From: Octopus sinensis
Taxonomy: Eukaryota
Length of the DNA: 64,000 nucleotides
NCBI RefSeq assembly: GCF_006345805.1
Contig: NC_042997.1
Span: 125,798,001-125,862,000, forward strand
Reading direction: 5' to 3'
Shown here one piece after another: positions 50,346 through 63,742 of this stretch; positions within the stretch are counted from its first letter, which is position 1; each line of letters opens with the position of its first letter. A model generated the notes under the pieces. That model had not been told where the DNA came from. It worked only from the letters and a program-made list of their open reading frames with translations, and made no database searches. The translations under genes and the position numbers were made by a program.

Positions 50346-52222
50346 CATCTAGCTTTTTGCATTCAGAGTTCACTAATGTCAATTTTGCCTTTAATCCTGG
50401 ATTTATAAAATAAAGTATTACTCACATACTTTATTTTAACAACCCTGAAAAGATGAAATATAAAGTTGACCTTGGCAAGATTTGAACTCAGGACATAAAG
50501 AACTTGAAGAAATGCTATTAAGCATTTTGTTTGACATGCTAACAATTCTACCAGCTCACTGCCTTAATAATAATAATAATAATTAATTCTGGTTTAATGA
50601 TAATAATAACAATAACAATTCTTTTATTCTTTTACTTGTTTCAGTCATTTGACTGCGGCTATACTGGAGCACCACCTTTTAGTCAAAGAAATTGACCTCA
50701 GGACTTATTATTTGTAAGCTTGATACTTATTCTAGCAGTCTCTTTTGCCGAACTGCTATGTTAAGGGGACATTAACATACCAACATCAGTTGTCAAGCAA
50801 TGGTGGGGTTGATATAATTGATTATATACCTCTTCCCCGAATCTGAAGCATTGTACCTGTGTTAGAAGCAGAATCATTCGAGCATTGAAAAGACACTTTG
50901 CATTATTTGTTCTGACTCTTAATCTTTGAGTACAAATACCAAGAAAGTCAGTTTGCCCATGCATTTGTTCAGAGTTGATAAAGATAAAGCATCAATTAAG
51001 TATTGGGATTAACTCAATTGACTAAACCCTTTCTCCATATTCTCAGACATTGAGCCAATGTTAGAAACAAAGCAAGCTGGCAGAATTATTATGGCCTGTC
51101 CAAGACCCCATTCATGAGTCAAATATTGGATGCTAAAGCATACAGGACACAGAAGAGAGCTGGTCCCTAGATATGTGACTAGACATGTGACACACAGCCC
51201 TACTGGTGTGTGAACAAAGGCTGTTATGTCACATAAGTGAGTCCCTTTCCTAAAAGGTTAAACAGATTCTGTAGCTCAAAGGTAAGCAGGAAGAGCAGAG
51301 GACTAACCAGCAAAAAAAAAAAGCAACAGAAAACCCATTGCTGTATCTTTCTGAAAATTGTGAATCCTCTTTACATTCTGCATTCAAATCCTGCCGAGGT
51401 AAACTTTACTTTTTTTTTAAGGCGGCGAGCTGGCAGAAACATTAGCACACCGGGCAAAATGCTTAGCGGTATTTCATCTGTTGCTACGTTCTGAGTTCAA
51501 ATTCTGCCGAGGCCAACTTTGCTTTTCATCCTTTTGGGGTCAATTAAATAAGTACCAGTTACACACTGGGGTCAATATAATCGACTTAATCTGTTTGTCT
51601 GTCCTTGTTTGTCGTCTCTGTGTTTAGCCCCTTGTGGGTAGTAAAGAAATAGGTAAACTTTACTTTTCATCCTTTCAGGGTCAATAAAATAAAGTACATA
51701 GTTAAGTAATTGGGTCAATGGTATTGACTGGCATTCTTCCTTCCTCATAATTCCTGGCCTTTTGCTGCAATCCAAAACTGTCTCCTCTTTCTGATTAATC
51801 AAATCAAATTTAATTATAAACTTCAGTAAAATCTGAGCCCAGTGACTAGATTAAAAGTATTTATCCCCTCGTTTGGTGCTCCCATTCTCATTTGATAATG
51901 ATAAATGCTATTAATGATCAGTACTTTCAAGAAACACTGAAGAATATTCTGGACACTGTCTCTTTATAAACAAAACCAATGGAATTATCATTCTATTAGT
52001 TCTTGTTCTTTCAAAAGCTTCAAATTTCAGTAAACCCAAACTAACATGTTCATACTTAAATTGATCTGGTAAACAAAATATTATTACAACATAAACATCA
52101 TGAGATCTCAGTTAGTCAACATCACCATAGTATACCAATATATAAGTCACAAATATTATTTACTAAATACCTCAAAATTTTGATTATATTGAAATTTAAT
52201 TTAAACACATGTGCAATTTAAT

Positions 52223-53193
52223 CATTTTCTCACAGTCAGAATTGCTGAAGCATGGAATAAATTACCTGCATCAGTTGTTAGCTGTAGAGACACTACATCT
52301 TTCAAAACTTCCATGCTTCCTGAAATTCGCTAACAGTATACCTGATGCTCCCCACCCCCGTTTCTTCACCATCCTTTTTTTTTTAAGACTTTTCCACTGT
52401 TCACTTTCTATGCATATTCTATGTGCTGTTCATGTGGTTTTAGTTGCTTTTTCTGATGAGATTTAGTGCACCTGAGCACTGTATACAATAAGTTCATTGT
52501 TATTATTATTATAATTATGGTCTCTTTCTACCTATAATTTATGGACTTTATAACTATTATTTGCTATTTTATATCCACATTTCCATACCACAGAAACAGA
52601 ATGGATTATTTATTGCAACTATTATTTTTATAGTTAGTAGCCATTGTTATAGCTAACCTACTTCAACTGTGAATAAGGACAGGAACCTGTTTTTCAGTAA
52701 TTAACAGCAGTGTTCATGCAGAGTAAGAGTATGACAAGGTGGATTTTCAGGTTCTCCATATTCCTAAAAATAAGTGCTGTGTTTGATGTCATATAAGATA
52801 CACTTGTTTTCCAAAAAAATATTCTTTAAAAAATCACCCTGGATCCTAGATACAAAGTTGGGCCTCCCATTAACTAATTTTGTTTCTGATGCTCTCTTAC
52901 ATAAAAATGCGCTGCTGAAATTAAGGTGTGTCAAACATACCTGTATGTCGTTTATATCATCAAATATAATTGATAAATATAAACTGATAAAGTGAAGAAT
53001 GTGGTGTGTTGCCAAAGATCAAAGAAAAATATACGAATTACATTTTCAATTAATGCAGTTCCTTACACAGAACATAAGAAACATCGAAGAAGTTACCAAT
53101 TGTTAAAACGTTTTATCAGCTTCTCTCATCAAATCTTTACCTAAACAAAATCAATGGACCCGAGGCCATAGTCTTTGCAGTGAATCTCTTACT

Positions 53194-53251
<58 letters not shown>

Positions 53252-53825
53252 TGCAGACTAAGGTTTCTATTCATATTGATTAACAACAACTTAATTTTTA
53301 CCTCCATATCAGATCAGACAATCTAAAGAGATAAGACACACTGTTAAAAACTGAAAGAATGTCAACAACTGATGACAGATGATATCAATCACTGGCAGCT
53401 GACTTGGCAGACACCCATAAAATTATTAACCATCTTACTAACAATAACTCTGAGCACCTTTTCAAACTCCAGCTGTCTAACACCTGTGGACATGTTTACA
53501 AAGTCAGAAAGCTGCACAGCTCTCATGACTTTCGGAAACATTTTTTCACGCTAAGAGTTGCTGATGTATAGAACAAACTGCTGACATCAGTTGTTAGTTG
53601 TCGGAGCACTGCATCTTTCAAAGCTTCCATAATTCCTGAGATTCGCCAACACTACACCTGATTTTCTCCCCTCCATACACACGCAAGCATGTATCTGACT
53701 CATACACTGTTATCTTTCCAGACATTTGTACATTACTGCATATGCTTTATACGCACTTTTGACAAGTTGTGGTGCACCTGAGCACTGTATACAATAATTT
53801 CATTATCATTATTATTATTATTATT
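52223..53825 (+). mobile_element. Two CR1-clade LINE 3' ends (52223-52510 and 53375-53825)
   Basis: ...HFFTLRVA..WNKLP.SVVSC..FK-like C-terminus, gtgcacctgagcactgtata 3' block and (ATT)n tail. Confidence 0.8.
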
Positions 53826-54885
53826 ATCATTAATGACTAGCAACCGAGATTTTTGGAAATATGCTGTGCTCAAGAAGACCCGGTAAGTCAAATGAGACCA
53901 TAACTGTGGCCTATGCCAGGAGCATAACCAGCCCGCTAATGCATACCTTTTCCTTCTTTGGTCACTAAACTCTGCTTGCGAAGACCTGTTGAGGCAAATG
54001 AAATCAAAATGAAAATCAAAATCAATTCGATGACTGGCATCCGTGCTAGCGGGGTGCAAAGAGCACCATACAAGTGTGATCGTTGACAGAGCGGCTATTC
54101 GAGTATGATCGCTACCAGCGTCGCCTTACTGGCACTTATGCCTGTGCTAGTAGGGCGTGCCAAGAGCACCATCCGAGCATGATCGTTGCCAGAGCAACCA
54201 ACTGGCTTCCGTACCCGTGGCATGTAAAAGAGCACCATCTGAGCGTGATCGTTACCAATGGCACTTCACTGGCACATGCAAAAAGATTCAAGTGAGGTTA
54301 TTGCCAGTACCGCCTGACTGGCCCCCGTGCCGGTGGCACGTAAAAAGCACCCACTACACTTTTGGAGTGGTTGGCGTTAGGAAGGGCATCCAGCTGTAGA
54401 AACTCTGCCAGATCAAGATTGGGGCCTGGTGCAGCCATCTGGTTTGCCAACCCTCAGTCAAAATCGTCCAACCCATGCTAGCATGGAAAGCGGACGTTAA
54501 ATGATGATGATGATGATGATGATAATTAATGATCATCATTGTCATCATTTACCGTCTGTTTCCAATGCTGGCATGGACTGGGCAATTCGACAGAAGCTGG
54601 AGAGCCTGAGGAGTACATCAAGTAATTTCTGCTACAGCTATTCTTCATTTTTGGAACATCTTTGATTTGACAGAAGACACAATTATCACCAATATCTCAC
54701 CAATCAACAGCCATCCCAATATATACCATCAAGTATTAAATTGTAACATGTGCTAATTTTAAGAATTAAAATGGTCTACATATTAATTTATAGGACTTGG
54801 GAACCGTTTTTATTCTCGAATTATTTCAAAGATAACTTCATTTAATTTCTATTAACAAAATTTGACAATTCTTTTTTTAAGTCAA

Positions 54886-55276
54886 TCTCTATATATATAA
54901 AGCTGAAGTTGTCTGTGTATGGCAGGTTTGGTAGCCTTCAACTAACACAATCTCTTCCGAGACCCTGCAACACAAGTTGATCAGAATTGAGAGTATGATA
55001 GAAGAAGGCTTGCTCTTCATTCCGTAGAAGAAAAACTTCAAATCGGACCATGTTAACAGCAAAAATTATTTACATCAAAAACGTGCTTTTTTCTATGAAA
55101 ATCCCTATTTTTTACGATTTTTTGACTGCTGTGTCGCCATTTTCCGGTGTATTTCAACCGGGAAAATGTTCACTTTAAGAGAATAACAAGCTACATAATG
55201 CAAAATTTTTACTTTTCAAAAATTCCAATTCTAAAGGGTCGAAACAAACCCGAGCAACGCCGGGCGATACTGCTAG
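54886..55276 (+). mobile_element. Non-autonomous Helitron
   Basis: A|TCTCTATATATATAAAAG 5' end; subterminal hairpin CCCGAGCAACGCCGGG (55249-55264); CTAG|T 3' end; no TSD. Confidence 0.85.
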
Positions 55277-55679
55277 TAAAAATATAATTATATAACATCT
55301 GTACTTCAACAACACTAAAAAATCTTACACTTTACACTATCCTCGCACAGTCACATTACATCGTCTGTGTTAACTGCTATGAACAGACAGTAACAGAGAC
55401 CTCTTTCTTTTACTTTTAAAAGTTACTAACAGGATTTTCTTTTGTAGTGAAACAAAGAGTTACTTTCAGATACAAAGCGTTGAATTGTGTGATTAGTCAC
55501 TTTTCAAGGGGAAGTAAATCTTGTGAACATACTTGGACAATTAAGTTGAAGATTATAGATTACGGAAATGACTGGAATATAAAAGTATCTTTTTATGTAA
55601 GTGTATATAGATGTAATTGATTAGTAGCTTTTAATGAAATTTATATTCTATATCCTTGAAATTAATTAAATTATCTATA

Positions 55680-55900
55680 TCAAAATTTCGTACGAATTCT
55701 TTAAAGACGAAATTATTTAAGGAAGGGACATAACTCCTCCTTCTCTGCCTTTACTTACAATTTACATTTAAAAAGAAGTTATTCACGAAAAACAAGAGAA
55801 TAAACTACGTGACAGTTTTTATGTCACATAAGATTAATGGTTTCCAATATCGACAATAGTTCGTGTGGGGAAGAGAAAAGCTGGGGAAAGCTGTGACGTT
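55680..55900 (-). promoter_or_regulatory. Possible promoter or non-coding first exon
   Basis: Unique sequence retaining CpGs (tacgtgac, tgtgacgtt) and a minus-strand GTAAGT donor at 55758-55753; no coding support. Confidence 0.25.
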
Positions 55901-56358
55901 CACTAATTCTTTTATATAATTAAAGCATTAAGTGAAGCTAATCCAGTACTATGAATTCCACTCACTATAAAATTGGTTCTCATAATATTAACAACAACCT
56001 TAATTATTCTTGTTACACACCTGCAGCTTTCATTTAACATGCTTCTGCAACAAATATTAGCAACTAAATTGAAGCTGCGATGGTCACAGCTGGATAACAT
56101 AACCACACACTATATTCCATCATCAATGCTATACAGTTTTCCCATTCAGTACACAAATTTAAAAATATACCATGCAAAACAGTAGTCTGCCTAGCCGTAA
56201 ATAGGTACCGTGGAAGGTATAATTTACTATATTATCTAGTCTACTTAGCTGTCAATTAACACTGTGTGAATGCTTTGTTTAACACTATTTCCAGACTGCT
56301 ATGCTGCAAATACCATTCAAATGAATTTTTAAAAATTCCATCTTTGAGCAAAACATTA

Positions 56359-56615
56359 TAATAATAATATAATAATAATGAAATTATTATATACAGTGCT
56401 CAGATGCACCACAACTTGCCAAAAGTGTGTACAAAACATATGCAGTAATGTACAAATGTCTGGAAAGTGAATGGTGTACGAGTCAGATACATGCTTGCGT
56501 GTGTATGGAGGGGAGAGAATCAGGTGTAGTGTTGGCGAATCTCAGGAAGCATGGAAGTTTTGAAGGATGCAGTGCTCCGACAACTAACAACTGATGCCGG
56601 CAGTTTGTTCCATGC
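56359..56615 (-). mobile_element. CR1-clade 3' fragment flanked by 214-bp direct repeats
   Basis: Reverse complement of the 52223/53375 family; flanks 56145-56358 and 56616-56829. Confidence 0.85.
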
Positions 56616-56933
56616 TTCAGTACACAAATTTCAAAATATACCATGCATAACAGTAGTCTACTTAGCCGTAAATAGGTACCATGGAAGGTATAATTTACTA
56701 TATTATCTAGTCTACTTAGCTGTCAATTAACACTATGTGAATGCTTTGTTTAACATTGTTTCCAGTCTGCCATGCTGCAAATACCATTCAAATGAATTTT
56801 TTTAATTCCCATCTTTGAGTAAAACATTAAAGTGGATTCGTTGGTGAGATTCCAGTTCGGGAGATGAAGAGTATGGAGTTAACTTTTAGTCCCCATTAAT
56901 CCCAGATCTATTCCAGCTTAGGATGATAGTACC

Positions 56934-57280
56934 TGTCAAAGGCCCCATTTATGAATTAAATATCAGAAGATTGTGCTGTGACTAAAGCATACAGGACACA
57001 GAGGAGTGCTGGCCCCTAGACATGTGATACACAGCCCCACTGGTGTATGGACAAAGACCCTAAAAGGTGAAATAGACTCTGTTCTGCAAGGGTAACTAGG
57101 GAGAACAGAATGCCAACAGATTAAAGGCTAAATAAACCAGCAAAAAAGCAACAGGAAACCCATTGTTGAATCATTCTGGTGAAAACTCATGAATCTTCAG
57201 ATTTTTGTGCAGAGATCCAGGATTTGTGATGCCTGAGGTATGGCACCATGAAGAGAGAGAGGGGGTGGAATCTCCATACA
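56934..57280 (+). repeat. Dispersed repeat, possibly a solo LTR (TG...CA); diverged copy at 51097-51365
   Basis: Shared taaagcatacaggacacaga...ccctagacatgtga...aaaaaagcaacag.aaacccattg; no TSD found. Confidence 0.5.
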
Positions 57281-57676
57281 CACCATCATCATTATCTTTT
57301 CATATCCTCTTTTCCTGTTGGCATGAATTGAACAGTTTGACAGGAGTTGGAAAGTCAAAAGACTGTGTCAGGCTTTACTGAAGGCGTTGGTATAGTTTCT
57401 ATGGCTGGATGCCCTTCCTAATGTCAACCACTGTACAGAATGTACAGGGTGCTTTTTTACATGGTGCCAGCAACATTGAGGTCACAAGTAACTAGCAAAA
57501 CAGGGAAAAGTAGTTTTGAAGGAAGTGGATTTGTGCCAGGAGATGACAAGTCAGTTTGAATAAAGGGTCAGACATAGGTAAGTTGCAGTAAAGGAACTAG
57601 ATGGCTGCTTCAGCTGGAGAGAGAGATGGTGAAGATGTGACAAGACAGGATTGGATAGGGTGAGTGGATGGGTAAG

Positions 57677-57875
57677 GGTCCCCTGATCCCTTATCTGGTG
57701 GTCAATGAAGAAACTAGGGATAGATGAATGGTTAGTGACAGCCGTGCAAACCATGTACAGGGATGCTGTCAGTAAGTTGAGGGTTGGCAACGAGTACAGG
57801 TAGAGGTAGGGGTCCACCAAGGTTCAGTCCTCAGACCCCTCCTATTTATCATAGTCCTCCAGGCAATAACAGAGG
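57677..57875 (+). mobile_element. RTE RT fragment (same family as 1-357)
   Basis: LIWWSMKKLGIDEWLVTAVQTMYRDAVSKLRVGNEY...VEVGVHQGSVL.PLLFIIVLQAITE. Confidence 0.85.
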
Positions 57876-60524
57876 TAAGTTCACAAGATTACAAAAGGTG
57901 AATGGGAGGTGAAGGAGAGGGAATGTAGTGAGTGGACACAAATAGAGGGAGGGAGTATTAGGAGGGCATGATGTGGAGAAAGAGATTCAATAGGGACACA
58001 TTGTGTACAGGTAAGTTTGCAAGAGTGTGAAGAGAGAGTTGGAGGTAGAGGGAAGAGGAAAATAGTAAGTGGTGGACTTGAATGTGAGGATGGAGAATGT
58101 GTTAGAAAGATACATTGTGAGGGTGAGGTCTGTCAGGGACAGATTGTGTGCAGAGGTATGAGCTCAAATGACAGGCCTTTAAGGCCTTGATTTTACCTGT
58201 CTTTATGGTTATCTTGCCATCAAATTCTAATTTCTTGGCTTGAGGTTGTTTTGTTAGTTTAATGTTCACATTGTTATTTAGCCACAGGTCAACTGTAATC
58301 GTGTAGACCTATGATCAATTGCATGCCTTTGTGCCCATCCAGTCTTTTCAGAGGTATATCTATGACTATATTATCCAATAAGGCAGCGAGCTAGCAGAAT
58401 CGTTAGCATGCCAGGCAAAATGCTTAGCGGTATTTCATCTGCCGCTACATTCTGAGTTCAAATTCCACCAAGGTTGACTTTGCCTTTCATCCTTTCGGGG
58501 TCGATTAAATAAATACCAGTTACGCACTGGGGTTGATATAATCGACTTAATCCATTTGTCTGCCCTTGTTTGTCCTCTCTGTGTCTAGCTCCTTGTGGGT
58601 AGTAAAGAAATAAGTATTTCATCTGCTATTACGTTCTGAGTTCAAATTCCACCAAGGTTGACTTTGCCTTTCATCTTTTTGGGGTTAATTAAATAAGTGC
58701 CAGTTACACACTGGGGTCGATGCAATCGACTTAATCCCTTTGTCTGTCCTTGTTTGTCCCGTGTTTAGCCCCTTGTGAGGAATAAAGAAATATATATAAT
58801 CCAATATGTCCTTACCTTATTTAAGATGCTTGATGCATTTTGAAGATTTTGTTGCTTTTTCTGGGTACTTAAGTACCCAGAAAGAGCCTTCCTTGTTGCG
58901 ATTAATATGGGTGGTAGTTGATCTTGGTATTACTTTGTTAACCATAGCCAAGAAGAATGCCAGTTTAGCACAAACAGAATGGCATTTCGTCAGAAAGATG
59001 AAGCAAGATTTACTCTCCTTACCAACAATATGATCAGTGAATAGCACCATAACTCACAGCAATTGTAAGTGGTAAACCATAATACAAGAAATCATGAAGA
59101 GTCATGAGCTTGACTCTCCCCTCCTGATTAAGTCATCATTATCCTCATCCTCATTTAACACCAATGTTCCATGCTGGTATGGGTTGGCCAGTTCAGCTGG
59201 ATCCGATGGGTCCAAGGACCGCATCATGCTGCAATGTCTGCTTTGGCATGGTTTCTATAGCCAGATGCCCTTCCTAACACCAATCATTTTACAGTATAGA
59301 CTGGGTGCTTTTGTTTGTTTTGTTTTGTTTTTTTTTGTTTTTTGTTGTGCCACTGAAGTAACCATGCAAATCACAGAACTACAAACTCGGTGGGATGGAA
59401 TCAGCTTCATACTGGCAGATGAGAGGATTGAACTATGAGAAGTGGGGGCCTTGCAGGTTTTTGTAGAGGATTTGTATGGCTACTCACTTCTAGTAGAGAA
59501 GAAAAGAGAAAGAGAAAACGAACTGTAAGAGCTGTAAAACATAAGGAATGATGACAAGGGGCCTAGGTGACCCCACAAGGCACAAGGTGAGTTGAAGAAT
59601 CAGTTTTCAAGATTGTACAGGAAAGAGAATGATGGGAGGGGATAGGGAAGTAGACTGATATAAAAGTCAGCCAATTATGTACTGGTGCCATGATAAAATG
59701 CACCTGAGCAAGCAAAGATAACATTGGGTTGAGGGCTCTTTTAGTTTTGTCCCACAGAGGATGTTGACTATGCTATGATACCATACACTCAGTACATTCA
59801 GTAAAGTGTATAACAAATGAACAGAGAAAACATAGGACTCTATAGAAAAGGGTCTTGTTTTGCTGAAGACATGACATATACTTGCTTTAGTCAGCTTAAT
59901 CCTCCTAATAGAACTGTTCAATAAGATTTTGTGGTTTTCTCACAAGACTGAGAAAAGCTGTAGCTCAATGTAGTTACATAAGAGAAAGAACACCATGAAT
60001 ATCATATTCTGTTTGCATCAGACTCAGGGGAAATGTGTGGAACAAAAAAGGCACTATATGTTTAAGTCTTCCTTGACTTTAACCCTCTAACGTTCAGGTA
60101 ACTCTGTCAAATGTAATGCTTATTTATTCACATTAATTTGAATTAATCATGCATTATCTTATAACTTTGAGATTTTGATTTTTGAGAATGATATTGTAGG
60201 GTACACATGAAAAGAGATTTGGCCATTGGATAATAAAACAGGTTGAATATTTGGACCAGATATGGCAGGTTTAAATATTAAAGGATTTAGATATTTGACA
60301 CAACAAACTAGTCAAACCTATGGCAGGTCCTCAGAAGTTTTGGGTGGTTGAGAAAGTTAGAGTCAGATGAAGTTTCTAGACACTGACATGAAGATTCTCA
60401 CTACACAACTGAATTGCATAGGTTCAGGTTATAGAAAGCAAACAGGGCTAGCATTATACTCAATTTCTCTATCAGCAATGTGTGAGGAGGCATTACAAAA
60501 CTCAACCCAAAGTGTATATATCAT

Positions 60525-61310
60525 CATCATCATCATTTAATGCTTGTTTTCCATGCCAGCCAGTTGAAGAGCTGTCCAGGTTCCTTGTCTGTTTTGGCAT
60601 GGTTTTTATGGCTGGACGCCCTTCCTGATACCAAATACTTTACAGTGTACCGGGTTCTTTTACACACCACCAGTATAGGAGTGTTTACATGGCACCAGTG
60701 TGGGTGCTTTTTACATGGTACCAGAGACCACAAGATTAGGAATGCTCAGCTGGAGAGAGATGCAGGGGACAAGCCTGTATGCAAGGACAAACATGCTTTT
60801 ACTTGGCTTAGCATGCTTTCTCAAGCACAATGAACTGCCAGGTATTAGGGTCCCTTGTCATCTCCTCTGTGAGGTCCAAAGTCTGTAGATCTTTTCTCAC
60901 CACTTTGTCCTCTACAATTAGAGATCAGCACCTCTTGATGCAACTGTTTTCACTCATATACATTACATGGTCATACTAGTGCAGTCTTCTCTCTTGTATG
61001 CTATATTTGATGCTAGTTTTTCTCTCAAATCACTTACAATCCATCACATATGCACACTGACATTACCCATCAAGTGGAGCATACTGGTTTCATTTCTTTC
61101 AAGCCTTCACATATCCTCAATAGTCACAGCCCATGTCCCACTGCCATATAGGACAGCTGTTTGTACACAGGCACCAAACAACCTACCTTTCACTCTGAGG
61201 GAGAGACACTTCATTACTAACAGAGGTAGTAGCTCTCTGAACTTGGCCCAGCCTACTCTTATTCTAGAAGCTATGCTTTCATTACAACCTCCCCCACTAC
61301 TAACTTGGTT
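60525..61310 (-). mobile_element. RTE LINE 3' coding remnant plus tail
   Basis: Minus strand GGCNESIASRIRVGWAKFRELLPLL...RVKGRLFGACVQTAVLYGSGTW running into the (GAT)n-tailed 3' repeat. Confidence 0.85.
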
Positions 61311-61731
61311 GAATGCTCAACACTGCATTGATGGATAAAACTTCTTTATTTATGGGTTAAAGCTACCATTGGCTTCATATTAAGCCTGCCACATGGAACA
61401 ATGGTTCATCTTCATCTTGGATTAAAACTTGATAAAATCTCATAAGACCATGATAAAGTAATTTGAGGTCTTGGGTAAACAAACAAATATTGTTCATTTG
61501 TTTGGCAAAAACCTTGCATTATTTTATCAAGATCTTACACGATTTTATTATAGTTTAATCCAAGATGGAGAGGAGTACCAATACTCCATGTGACAGGTTA
61601 GATAACTGTTAAGGGATTTCTCTCTTAACATGAAACCAACGGTTTCATGAAGTGTGTGTGTGTATATATTCAACTTATGTTGAAAGTCAACAAGCAAAGT
61701 TTGCTTTAGAAGCGTTGGTATGTATTGAAAG

Positions 61732-62007
61732 ATACAGATAAGGAAATAATTTTATTCTCAAGTGCAGGATAATGCTAATAATATAGCATGAACAGGATAA
61801 ACTATCCATATTTTGCAGAAAAATTTGTCACCAGCCAGTCATGAGACTCAAACTCACATCCTTGGCATCATGCATCCGAGATGTGAGTCCGAGTCTCATG
61901 GCTGGCCATCAACATATTTTTCTGCAAAATATGGATATTTTATCCTGTTCGTGCTATATTATTAGCATCATCCTGCATTTGAGAATAAAATTATTTCCAC
62001 TCTGTAT
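61732..62007. repeat. Foldback element (~120-bp arms)
   Basis: ggaaataattttattctcaagtgcaggat... / ...atcctgcatttgagaataaaattatttcc, with an inner ctcacatc/gatgtgag stem. Confidence 0.9.
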
Positions 62008-63467
62008 ATGTATATATATTTGCCTCACAGAGGGAATGACAAAAGACCGAGATCTCTGGAGATATGCTGTGACTGTGAAGACCCGACAAATAATGTGAGT
62101 CCATGGCTGTTTCCTGCACCAGCTTCACGTAGCAGCCCCAGCCCATCCAAAGTACCTTGGATCGCAGGACAGCCTGCTGTGCTTACCTTGAATCATAGGG
62201 CGACCTGCTGTGCTTGAGAAGACCTATTGAGTCAAGTACATCAACATCAAATGGAAATTGTAGTTGTGATACCTGTGCCAGCGGCACATAAAAAGCACCA
62301 TCCGAAGGTGGCCGATGCCAGCACAGCCTTGACTGGCTTCCGTACCGGTGGCACATAAAAACCATCAACTGATCATGGCTGCTGCCAGCACCCCCTGGCA
62401 CCTGTGCCAGTGGCATGTAAAAAGCATTCACCGAGTGGTTGGTATTAGGAAGGGCATCCAGCTGTAGAAACTCTGCCAGATCAGACTGGAGCCTGTTGCA
62501 GCCTCCTGGCTTCCCAGACCCTGGTCAAACCGTCCAACCCATGCTAGCAGGGAAAATAGATGTTAAACGATGATGATGATGATGATATATGTATATATAT
62601 ATATATATATATATAGATATATACACACACACGACTATCTTAAAACTTAGTGACAGAAATGTTTGCTGATGATGATACACTTATCTGCCAGTGTAAGGAA
62701 CAAGCAGAACATAGTGGATGCCTTTGGCAGGGCAGCCATAAAGTTCAACTTAAATATTCATTAACATTCAGAAAACATATGCATCAGATCAGTGACTTCA
62801 TTGGTGTTCTTCTACTCCAAATGGTTGATCTGAGATGCAGGAAAGATCTACATCGAGACATTTGTTAAATGTTTTAGTTGAAACTTTTGTTTCTGAACCT
62901 TTAAATTGCTGCAGTAAAGATTCAGGATGTCACAGCATGAAACACTAAGTTTGAAGATTTGACATTATAGCCTCTTCTTTATTTGTTCTCTCACATGTGC
63001 CAAAGTTTAGTAAAAGAAACAAATTAAAAGTGCCTGTTACATGGACAATCAGCTGGTGCCTTCTACAATATCCACAGATTGACTAATGTAATGTGAATAA
63101 AATTTATTAGAAGGAAAACATAAGCAACCTGCTGTGTATGTGTGTATACAGAGTTTGTCTTGGCATGTGTGCACTGATTGTAAACAGAAAAGACACTAAC
63201 CTACAAATGCTGTCATTTGTTTGCAATCCTTCTGTAACAAGACGAAGGTCTCAGGAACACTTGAGGGGTGTCTGTCTTATCTTGTCACATACAATTGTTG
63301 AAGGGACAACCAAAATCCAACTGTCTTCAATAGCAATAAATAATACTTTATTTTTCCGGGTTTTGCAAGTAAAAATATATAATATATACACATATATTTT
63401 CCTTAAGGGTGAACCGGTAGCCAAGTCCACAAGACTGTTCACAAATGTTCACTTGTATGAGCCAAAA

Positions 63468-63742
63468 TTACCGTCTCCGTTCCTGCTTAGAAGAGAGCTT
63501 CTCTATATGTAGGGTTTTCCCTGAGAGAAGGTTGGTCATGTCCTCTTGGTAGGGTTGCTGATTCAAAAAGACAGATTTAGTGGGAACGCTTTTGGTTTGC
63601 AGTTCTCTGCGCATGAGGGAACTTCCGGAGGCCTGCCAGAAGTAATCCAACTCTGCACATGCGCGCTGAAAACTTCCAAAAATAGTGTCACTACACTTCT
63701 TAAAAGCATGCTCCACCAATGAGGTGTTCGTTGTTTGAAAGA
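63468..63742 (-). CDS. Candidate exon of an unidentified minus-strand gene
   Basis: Unique, CpG-retaining, stop-free frame; ends in TAA (63470-63468) or donor CG|GTAATT; ATG at 63614; no family recognised. Confidence 0.35.

Noticed and set aside
58817-59050. 77-aa minus-strand ORF
   Set aside because: It stops just before the donor; the only donor-compatible frame needs a weak acceptor, and no family is recognised.
62650-62868. MFADD-containing ORF
   Set aside because: Probably a decayed LINE RT motif, not a host gene; too degenerate to list as a feature.
63472-63614. Faint resemblance of the peptide to the POP4/RPP29 N-terminus
   Set aside because: Only a loose L..K.L.(I/L)E plus basic-stretch pattern; no downstream POP4 exons found.
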